Of a stretch of DNA of 64,000 bases, positions 57,656 through 64,000 are shown piece by piece. The DNA comes from Candidatus Parcubacteria bacterium (GTDB lineage Bacteria; Patescibacteriota; Patescibacteriia; Patescibacteriales; UBA12075). A program made the translations under genes and the position numbers. The notes below the pieces were generated by a model. The model did not search any database and was not told where the DNA came from. It was given only the letters and a program-made list of their open reading frames with translations. Numbering within the stretch: the first letter of the stretch is position 1; each line of letters opens with the position of its first letter. The stretch is from contig JAGLYP010000023.1 of the NCBI GenBank assembly GCA_023132155.1, positions 11,504 through 75,503 on the forward strand, in the 5' to 3' direction.

Positions 57656-59527
57656 ATGACCTCAAAACAAATACGACAAAAATATTTGAATTTTTTTAAA
57701 AAGCAAGGGCATGTGATTATTCCCAGCGCGTCATTGATTCCTGAAAATGACCCCTCTTCACTTTTTACAAGTTCAGGTATGCAGCCTCTAGTTCCTTACT
57801 TGACTGGAGAAACTCATCCGGAAGGGGCTCGACTTACAAATAGCCAAAAATCATTTCGTTCCGGAGATATAGAGGAGGTTGGAGATAACAGGCATAATAC
57901 TTTTTTTGAAATGCTGGGAAATTGGAGTTTGGGGGATTATTTTAAGAAAGAACAACTGCGCTGGCTTTTTGAATTTTTAATTAAGGAAATTAAACTTGAC
58001 CCAAAACGAATATACGCAACGGTTTATTCCGGTAATAAGGAAATCGGCGTAGAGCAAGATAATGAATCAGTTGAAATTTGGCAAGAATTATTTAAAGAGG
58101 CTGGTATTGAAGCCATGGATTACGATAACGTAGAAAAAGCAGGCATGAGAGATGGCAGGATATTTTATTATGGAGATGAAAGAAATTGGTGGAGCCGTTC
58201 CGGCGAGCCGGCAAATATGCCGATTGGTGAAATCGGCGGTCCGGATTCGGAAGTATTTTATGATTTGGGCGCGGATTTAAAAAGGCACGAAAATTCAAAA
58301 TGGAAAAATGAACCCTGCCATGTGAATTGTGATTGCGGCCGTTTTATTGAAATTGGCAACAGTGTTTTTATTCAGTATATAAAAACAAAAAGCGGATTTG
58401 AACAATTGAAGCAGAAAAACGTGGATTTTGGCGGCGGCTTAGAGAGAATAACTATGGTGAGCCAGAAAAAAGATAATGTTTTTGAAACTGATTTATTTGA
58501 AAATATTTTGGAAAAAATAAAAGAATTATCAGGCAATAAAAATTATCGCGATCATACCCGCGCTTTTGAAGTAATTGCCGATCATTTAAAAGGCGCTTGT
58601 TTTCTAATGGGAGATGACAAAGGAATCGCGCCGTCAAATGTTGACCAAGGTTATATTATCAGACGTTTAATTAGACGTGCCGTACGTTTCGGCCGTAAGC
58701 TCGGAATTAACAATATTGGATGGACAAAAGAGGTTGCGGAAATAGTGATTAGTGATTATGAATATATTTACGGAGAATTAAAACGAAACAAGGAATTTAT
58801 TTTGTCCGAAATGGAGAAAGAAGAAAAGAAGTTTCAAAAAACTTTGGAAAAGGGTGAAAAAATGATAAAAGATGAAATAATTGACGGAGAATCAGCATTC
58901 AATTTATTTCAAACTTACGGATATCCGATAGAAATGACAATTGAGATTGCCCAAGAAAGAAATATTAAATTATCAGATGATTTTTATAAGGAATATAATG
59001 AAGCCTTAAAAAAACATCAAGAACTATCCCGAACCGCAAGCGCGGGAAAATTTAAAGGCGGTTTGGCTGATTCCGGTGAAGAAACCACAAAATTGCATAC
59101 CGCGGCCCATCTTCTGCTTGAGTCTTTGCGAAGAGTTTTAGGCGGTCACGTTTGTCAGCGCGGCAGTAATATCACAGCTGAACGCTTGCGTTTTGATTTT
59201 AATCATGGTGAAAAATTAAGCGATCAAGAAAAACATAAAGTGGAAGATATGGTTAATGAACAGATTAACAAAAAGTTAGACGTAACAGTACGGGAAATGA
59301 GCCTTGAAGAAGCAAAAAAGCAAGGCGCCACCGGAGTTTTTGAATCAAAATACGGCGAAAAGGTTAAAGTTTATACCATAGGCAAAGGTGAAGATGCATT
59401 TTCAATGGAAATATGCGGCGGTCCGCATGTGAAAAATATCGGTAATTTGGGAAAATTCAAAATAAAAAAGGAAAAATCCTCCTCAGCAGGAGTAAGGCGC
59501 ATTAAAGCCGTGCTTGAATTTTGCTAA
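57656..59527 (+). CDS. alaS: Alanyl-tRNA synthetase, truncated form (catalytic plus editing domains, no C-Ala domain).
   Basis: The N-terminus aligns with E. coli AlaS (FTSSGMQPL, TFFEMLGNWSLGDYFK); the editing-domain HxxxH and CGGPHV motifs are present; 623 aa. Confidence 0.85.
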   Translation: MTSKQIRQKYLNFFKKQGHVIIPSASLIPENDPSSLFTSSGMQPLVPYLTGETHPEGARLTNSQKSFRSGDIEEVGDNRHNTFFEMLGNWSLGDYFKKEQLRWLFEFLIKEIKLDPKRIYATVYSGNKEIGVEQDNESVEIWQELFKEAGIEAMDYDNVEKAGMRDGRIFYYGDERNWWSRSGEPANMPIGEIGGPDSEVFYDLGADLKRHENSKWKNEPCHVNCDCGRFIEIGNSVFIQYIKTKSGFEQLKQKNVDFGGGLERITMVSQKKDNVFETDLFENILEKIKELSGNKNYRDHTRAFEVIADHLKGACFLMGDDKGIAPSNVDQGYIIRRLIRRAVRFGRKLGINNIGWTKEVAEIVISDYEYIYGELKRNKEFILSEMEKEEKKFQKTLEKGEKMIKDEIIDGESAFNLFQTYGYPIEMTIEIAQERNIKLSDDFYKEYNEALKKHQELSRTASAGKFKGGLADSGEETTKLHTAAHLLLESLRRVLGGHVCQRGSNITAERLRFDFNHGEKLSDQEKHKVEDMVNEQINKKLDVTVREMSLEEAKKQGATGVFESKYGEKVKVYTIGKGEDAFSMEICGGPHVKNIGNLGKFKIKKEKSSSAGVRRIKAVLEFC

Positions 59528-59743
59528 TATTAAATAATTATTTTATTTCTTTGAAAATAGCAATTTTTTACTTGACAATAAAATTATTTAGATATATAAT
59601 ATTTTTATAATATTCAAGTAAATTATTAAAATATTACCAATATTATTTTGGTAGAATTTTTAAATTTTGCCAATTTTTTTGTGTTTATTGAAAGCAATAA
59701 AATATTAATTTTAAAGTAAAGAAAAATTTCAATATTATCATTC

Positions 59744-59813
59744 GCATGTCCCGCACGTGTGCCGTTCTACGGTATTTGTAGGCGCGGGTTCGCGAAGCGA
59801 ATAACTTATTAAT
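59744..59813 (+). repeat. Copy 2 of the conserved leader stem-loop element (longer loop), ending at the infA ATG.
   Basis: ATTATCATTCGCATGTCCCGCACGTG...GGCGCGGGTTCGCGAAGCGAATAACTTATTAATG. Confidence 0.55.
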
Positions 59814-60054
59814 GACAAAAAAACAAGATAAAAAAACAGTAGATTCAAAAGAGTTTATTGAAGTAACGGGTGAGGTATTGGAATTAATGCCTGCCACAAC
59901 ATTTAAAGTTATGCTGGAAAACGGGCACGAAATATTGGCCCATCTTTCCGGACGAATGAGAATGCACAGGATTCGTTTATTGCCCGGCGATAAAGTAAAA
60001 GTGCAAATGAGTCCCTATGATTTAAGCAAGGGCAGAATTACATACAGAATGTAA
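59812..60054 (+). CDS. infA: Translation initiation factor IF-1.
   Basis: ...[49 protein letters not shown]. Confidence 0.9.
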   Translation: MTKKQDKKTVDSKEFIEVTGEVLELMPATTFKVMLENGHEILAHLSGRMRMHRIRLLPGDKVKVQMSPYDLSKGRITYRM

Positions 60055-60060
60055 TTCTTG

Positions 60061-60126
60061 TTAATATTATTATAATTCGCATGTCCCGTATTCGTAGTTG
60101 CGGGTTCGCGAAGCGAATAACCTATG
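60061..60126 (+). repeat. Copy 3 of the conserved leader stem-loop element, ending at the rpmJ ATG.
   Basis: TTAATATTATTATAATTCGCATGTCCCGTATTCGTAGTTGCGGGTTCGCGAAGCGAATAACCTATG. Confidence 0.6.
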
Positions 60127-60237
60127 AAAGTCAGAGCTTCGGTAAAAAAAATGTGTAAAGATTGCAAGATCATTCGCCGCAAAGGGCGCGTGATTGTTTT
60201 GTGCAAAAATCCGAAGCATAAACAAAGGCAGGGATAA
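60124..60237 (+). CDS. rpmJ: 50S ribosomal protein L36.
   Basis: [37 protein letters not shown], 37 aa; not in the supplied ORF track because it is under 60 aa. Confidence 0.9.
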   Translation: MKVRASVKKMCKDCKIIRRKGRVIVLCKNPKHKQRQG

Positions 60238-60245
60238 ATTAATTT

Positions 60246-60300
60246 TAGATTTTAGATTTATGAATTATTTTATTAATTCAAAAATCATAAATCATAAATC
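60246..60300. repeat. Intergenic palindrome of GATTTATGA/TCATAAATC words.
   Basis: TTAGATTTATGAATTATTTTATTAATTCAAAAATCATAAATCATAAATCA. Confidence 0.45.
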
Positions 60301-60311
60301 AGCAATATAAT

Positions 60312-60704
60312 ATGGCCGTAAGAATATCTGGAGTTACAATACCAAACGAGAAAAGAGTTGAAATCGCTTTAACTTATATTTATGGTATTGGCTTAAAAAG
60401 GGCAAATGATATTTTGAAAACAGCAAAAGTGAGTCCTGACGCGAGAGTAAAAGATTTAAAAGAAGATGAAGCTAATAATTTGAGAAATATTATTGAAAAA
60501 CAGCATAAAGTTGAAGGAGATTTGCGGCGGGAAGTTCTTGGCAATATAAAGCGTTTAAAAGAAATTAACAGTTACCGCGGATCAAGGCACGCCAAGAATT
60601 TGCCGGTAAGAGGACAAAGGACTAAAACTAATAATCGCACAGTTCGCGGAAATAGAAGATCAACTGCTGTTTCCGTAAAGAAACAAATAGCGCAAAAAAC
60701 ATAA
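60312..60704 (+). CDS. rpsM: 30S ribosomal protein S13.
   Basis: [27 protein letters not shown].... Confidence 0.9.
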   Translation: MAVRISGVTIPNEKRVEIALTYIYGIGLKRANDILKTAKVSPDARVKDLKEDEANNLRNIIEKQHKVEGDLRREVLGNIKRLKEINSYRGSRHAKNLPVRGQRTKTNNRTVRGNRRSTAVSVKKQIAQKT

Positions 60705-60730
60705 AAATTAATATATTATAAATATTTAAA

Positions 60731-61411
60731 ATGACAGAAGATAAAAAAGCTACAGTCAAAACAGGGGAATCCGCTTCTGAGAAAAAATCCGCTGCCGCTG
60801 AAGCTAAGACGGGCAAATCCGCTATGTCCAAAGAAGCAACGGACAATAAAGAAAAAAAAGTTGAAAAATCAACTGCTCTTAAGGCTGAAAAAAGTAAAAA
60901 AGAAGTTAAAAGCGGCAATGCCCCGAAAAGCGAGGCTGACTTGGGCTTGGAAGAATTGCCGGAAGAAATTAAGAAAAAATTAGAAAAAAAGAAAGCCGAA
61001 AGAGACCAGAAATCAAAAGGGAAAAAGGCGCGAAAAAAGAAAAAGAAAACAGCGCGAACTAACGTTTCCGTTGGAAAAGCCTTTATAAAAGCAACATACA
61101 ATAATACAATTGTTACTATAACCGATTTACAGGGCAATGTTATTTCTTGGGCAAGCGCCGGAATCGCGGGGTTTAAAGGACCGAAAAAATCAACTCCATA
61201 CGCCGCTTCCGTTATTACCCGTTTAGCGGTCGGAAAGGCAAAGGAAGAATATGGATTATCCGAAGTAAGCGTTTTTGTAAAAGGCGTTGGAACAGGAAGA
61301 GAGTCGGCCGTTAGGGCATTGAACAGCAATGGCTTGAATGTTACTTTAATTAAAGATGTTACGCCGATTCCTCATAATGGCTGCAGGCACAGAAAACCAA
61401 GAAGAGTCTAA
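60731..61411 (+). CDS. rpsK: 30S ribosomal protein S11 with a ~100-aa K/A/E-rich N-terminal extension.
   Basis: The C-terminal ~125 aa are canonical S11 ([18 protein letters not shown]...). The N-terminal 100 aa are a low-complexity basic tail. Confidence 0.85.
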   Translation: MTEDKKATVKTGESASEKKSAAAEAKTGKSAMSKEATDNKEKKVEKSTALKAEKSKKEVKSGNAPKSEADLGLEELPEEIKKKLEKKKAERDQKSKGKKARKKKKKTARTNVSVGKAFIKATYNNTIVTITDLQGNVISWASAGIAGFKGPKKSTPYAASVITRLAVGKAKEEYGLSEVSVFVKGVGTGRESAVRALNSNGLNVTLIKDVTPIPHNGCRHRKPRRV

Positions 61412-61420
61412 TAATATATG

Positions 61421-61475
61421 ATTTTAGATTTATGATTTATGATTTTTATATCATAAATCCAAAATCTAAAATCTG
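61421..61475. repeat. Intergenic palindrome of GATTTATGATTT words (TTTAGATTTATGATTTATGA-tttttatat-CATAAATCCAAAATCTAAA).
   Basis: Read from the sequence. Confidence 0.45.
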
Positions 61476-61486
61476 AAATTCCAAAT

Positions 61487-62116
61487 ATGGCAAAAGATTT
61501 AAGTTCAAAATGTAAAAAGTGCCGCAGGGCGGGAGAAAAATTGTTTTTAAAGGGAGAACGCTGCAATACTCCGAAGTGCGCCATGGTAAAAAGAAATTAT
61601 CCGCCGGGATTTCATGGCTCAAAAGGAAGGCGCAGGATTACCGGCTATGGCGCGCAATTGAATGAAAAACAAAAAGCAAAGCGCCAATATAACTTGTTGG
61701 AAAAGCAATTTCGTTTGACTTTTGATAAAGCGCGGAAAAAAAGCGGAGATGCCGGTGAGAATTTTTTGCAATTTTTGGAAATGAGAATTGATAACGCAAT
61801 TTACCGTTCCGGCTTTGCTAGTTCGCGTCCTCAAGCAAGGCAATTGGTAAACCACGGGCATTTTGCGGTTAATGGCAAAAAGGTAACAATTCCATCCTAT
61901 ATTTTAAAAAGCGGAGATTTAATCGCGCTAAGAAAAACTAAAAAAGACTGCAAATTACATAAAATAATGCTGGATGCCTTGCAAAAAAAGGAAATTCCGG
62001 GGTGGATGAATTTTGATAAAGCCGAAAATACGGTAAAAATTTTACATAAACCCGGCATGGATATGATTAATCCGAATTTTGAGGTGCGGCAAATTATTGA
62101 ATATTATTCAAAATAA
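61487..62116 (+). CDS. rpsD: 30S ribosomal protein S4.
   Basis: An N-terminal Zn-ribbon-like CKKCRRAGEKLFLKGERCNTPKC and an S4 domain. Confidence 0.9.
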   Translation: MAKDLSSKCKKCRRAGEKLFLKGERCNTPKCAMVKRNYPPGFHGSKGRRRITGYGAQLNEKQKAKRQYNLLEKQFRLTFDKARKKSGDAGENFLQFLEMRIDNAIYRSGFASSRPQARQLVNHGHFAVNGKKVTIPSYILKSGDLIALRKTKKDCKLHKIMLDALQKKEIPGWMNFDKAENTVKILHKPGMDMINPNFEVRQIIEYYSK

Positions 62117-62117
62117 T

Positions 62118-62170
62118 GTTATCAGCTTCGCTGACCCGTCTCTACAAATACGGGACATGCGAATTATAAT
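62118..62170 (-). repeat. Copy 4 of the conserved leader stem-loop element, in inverted orientation between rpsD and rpoA.
   Basis: The reverse complement is ATTATAATTCGCATGTCCCGTATTTGTAGAGACGGGTCAGCGAAGCTGATAAC. Confidence 0.55.
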
Positions 62171-62200
62171 TTAAGATTTATTAATTAATATTAAAAAAAT

Positions 62201-63040
62201 ATGGAGAACATCGCTTTACCCAGAAATGTAAAATTTAACAAAGGTGAAAGTGATAATGAGGCGCGAATTATAGTTGAACCTTGTTTTCCCGGCTATGGCG
62301 TAACTTTGGGCAATTCAGTTAGAAGAGTTCTGCTTTCAAGTCTGTCCGGCGCGGCTCCGGTTGGTATCGTGATTGAAGGAGTTAGCCATGAATTTACGGC
62401 ATTGCCGCATTTAAAAGAAGATATTTTAGAGTTTATTTTAAATGTTAAACAACTGCGCTTAAAAATGCATATTGATGAAACGGTTATTTTAAATTTGGAA
62501 GTTCATGGAAAAAAAATAATTAAAGCCTCTGATATTGAGCTAAATTCGCAAGTTGAAATTGTTAATCCTGATTTAGAGCTTGGTACAATAACCGATATGG
62601 CGGGTAAAATAAACGCCAAGATATATGTTAAAAAAGGCATGGGTTATGTTACCATTGAAAGCCGTGAAGAAAAACAGGACATTGTAAATTATATAGAGAT
62701 GGATTCAATTTTTTCTCCAATTGTTTTAGCCGGCGTAAAAGTTGAAAATGTTCGTGTCGGCAAGATGACTAACTGGGATAAGTTGGTTTTAGACCTTAAA
62801 ACAGATGGCACAATTACTCCAAAAGAAGCTTTTTGCGCTTCAGTTGAAATATTAATTAAACAGCTTTTAGCGTTAATTCCGAAAGAAAGCGTAAAAGATA
62901 TTTCAGAAGATAAAACCGGGGATATTGAAGAAAAAACAGAAAAAAAAGAAGAAGTTGAAAAAAAAGAAAAAAAAGAAAAGGTTGAAAAAAATGAAGTGAA
63001 AGAAAAAAAGAAAAAGCGAGGACGGCCAAAAAAATCATAA
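62201..63040 (+). CDS. rpoA: DNA-directed RNA polymerase alpha subunit lacking the alpha-CTD; the C-terminus is a K/E-rich linker ending in an AT-hook (KKKRGRPKKS).
   Basis: The N-terminal domain (aa 1-230) aligns with alpha-NTD. Residues 231-279 are EDKTGDIEEKTEKKEEVEKKEKKEKVEKNEVKEKKKKRGRPKKS, with no alpha-CTD fold. Confidence 0.85.
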   Translation: MENIALPRNVKFNKGESDNEARIIVEPCFPGYGVTLGNSVRRVLLSSLSGAAPVGIVIEGVSHEFTALPHLKEDILEFILNVKQLRLKMHIDETVILNLEVHGKKIIKASDIELNSQVEIVNPDLELGTITDMAGKINAKIYVKKGMGYVTIESREEKQDIVNYIEMDSIFSPIVLAGVKVENVRVGKMTNWDKLVLDLKTDGTITPKEAFCASVEILIKQLLALIPKESVKDISEDKTGDIEEKTEKKEEVEKKEKKEKVEKNEVKEKKKKRGRPKKS

Positions 63041-63059
63041 AATAATTTAGCGAATAACC

Positions 63060-63410
63060 ATGAGGCATAGAGTTAAAAAAAATATTTTAGGCAGAAAAAA
63101 AGAGCCGAGAGAAATGATGTTAAGGAATTTAACATCCAGTATTTTAATATATGAAAAAGTAAAAACCACCAAAGCGAAAGCGAAGGCCGTAAAACCGTTA
63201 GTTGAAAAGGCGATTACCGCGGCAAAAAAAGGCGATTTAGCCGCCAGAAGATCTTTGATTGAGAAATTACCTCAAAAAATGGCAATTAAAAAAGCAATGG
63301 AAGTTCTTGGTGAAAAATACAAAGAAAGAAAAGGCGGCTATACAAGAATTATTAATTTACCGCAAAGACAGGGCGATGGAGCTGAGATGGCGCAGATTGA
63401 GTTAGTTTAA
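63060..63410 (+). CDS. rplQ: 50S ribosomal protein L17.
   Basis: MRHRVKKNILGRKKEPREMMLRNL.... Confidence 0.9.
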   Translation: MRHRVKKNILGRKKEPREMMLRNLTSSILIYEKVKTTKAKAKAVKPLVEKAITAAKKGDLAARRSLIEKLPQKMAIKKAMEVLGEKYKERKGGYTRIINLPQRQGDGAEMAQIELV

Positions 63411-63480
63411 TTATAAATGGGATTGTTGCGATTGTTGGGATTGTTAAGATTTTTGAGATACAATTCTCAAAAATCCTAAA
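63411..63480. repeat. Intergenic GGATTGTTG direct repeats plus the hairpin GATTTTTGAGA-tacaat-TCTCAAAAATC.
   Basis: Read from the sequence. Confidence 0.45.
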
Positions 63481-63513
63481 AATCTCAGTATAGAAAATAT
63501 TATAAAAAATACT

Positions 63514-63870
63514 ATGGAAAAAATAAGTAGAAAATTACATAAAGTTGACGCGGGAGGCAAGGCTGTCGGCCGTATCGCGACTGATATTGCTTTGATTTTG
63601 CGGGGAAAGAATAAGCCGGAATTTCAGCCTAATTCAGATTGCGGAGATATAGTTGAAGTTTTTAATATTGAAATGCTAAAGTTTTCCGGTAAAAAATTGG
63701 AGCAAAAAAAATATTACCATTATTCGGGCTACCAAGGCGGCTTAAAAGAAAAGAAGATGTCTGATCTGCTAGAGAGCAATCCCGGAGAAATATTATCAAG
63801 AGCGGTAAGAGAAATGCTGCCGCCGGTTAAATTTAGAAAAGCCATGTTGAAACGGCTGATTATTAAATAA
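63514..63870 (+). CDS. rplM: 50S ribosomal protein L13 (short).
   Basis: ...DAGGKAVGRIATDIALILRGKNKPEFQPNSDCGDIVEVFN...YYHYSGYQGG.... Confidence 0.85.
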   Translation: MEKISRKLHKVDAGGKAVGRIATDIALILRGKNKPEFQPNSDCGDIVEVFNIEMLKFSGKKLEQKKYYHYSGYQGGLKEKKMSDLLESNPGEILSRAVREMLPPVKFRKAMLKRLIIK

Positions 63871-63874
63871 AATT

Positions 63875-64000
63875 ATGCAAAAGGCCCAAAAAACAAAAGA
63901 CGAAAAAAAAGCGGAAATTATTAAATTTAAAGGGAAATATATCAGCGCCACAGGCAGAAGAAAAACCTCTGTTTCCAGAGTGCGTTTGTATAAAAAAGGT
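63875..64000 (+). CDS. rpsI: 30S ribosomal protein S9 (N-terminal part; runs off the window end).
   Basis: ...YISATGRRKTSVSRVRLYKKG. Confidence 0.75.
   Translation, partial: MQKAQKTKDEKKAEIIKFKGKYISATGRRKTSVSRVRLYKKG

Overview
This is a low-GC (roughly 33-38%) bacterial chromosomal segment with a streamlined gene set and many genes lacking Shine-Dalgarno sequences. It carries short-form metG, tRNA-synthetase genes (a 482-aa metG, a 623-aa alaS without the C-Ala domain), an rpoA without the alpha C-terminal domain, type IV pilus genes and a giant acidic surface protein. Together these suggest a reduced-genome, Patescibacteria/CPR-like organism, but that is inference, not something I can prove from sequence. 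Backbone genes: pilC/pilB, rsmI, metG, tsaC, tatD, a complete F-type ATP synthase operon (atpZ-B-E-F-H-A-G ... D-C), groES-groEL behind a promoter and CIRCE operator, hupB, an ECF sigma factor with a membrane-anchored partner, three tRNAs (Thr, Glu, Gln), a DEAD-box helicase, guaB, a GT2 glycosyltransferase, typA, manC, mltG, alaS, and the infA-rpmJ-rpsM-rpsK-rpsD-rpoA-rplQ and rplM-rpsI ribosomal clusters. The accessory content is dense and is where the interest lies: (1) a 42-nt palindromic repeat, otherwise used as an intergenic terminator hairpin, is inserted in-frame inside atpA; (2) rpoA ends in a K/E-rich linker plus a canonical AT-hook in place of the alpha-CTD; (3) four copies of a conserved ~55-65-nt stem-loop leader element show compensatory stem changes; (4) tRNA-Thr and tRNA-Glu each carry a ~22-nt duplicate of their 3' end about 160 bp away (att-like scars) around an HD-hydrolase/YibE-F block, next to GIY-YIG genes and an orphan AT-rich 447-aa gene; (5) a Panacea-domain antitoxin is paired with a RelE/ParE-fold toxin; (6) a family of MITE-like elements shares TGTCATT termini; (7) an HTH gene sits behind three operator-like palindromes spaced exactly 63 bp apart; (8) a TraD/VirD4-like ATPase with a zinc ribbon has a membrane-anchored partner; (9) several GC-rich, Shine-Dalgarno-bearing genes look foreign; (10) there are gene remnants (a frameshifted YeaD-like epimerase and a PEP-utilizing-enzyme fragment). 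No CRISPR arrays or rRNA genes are present.
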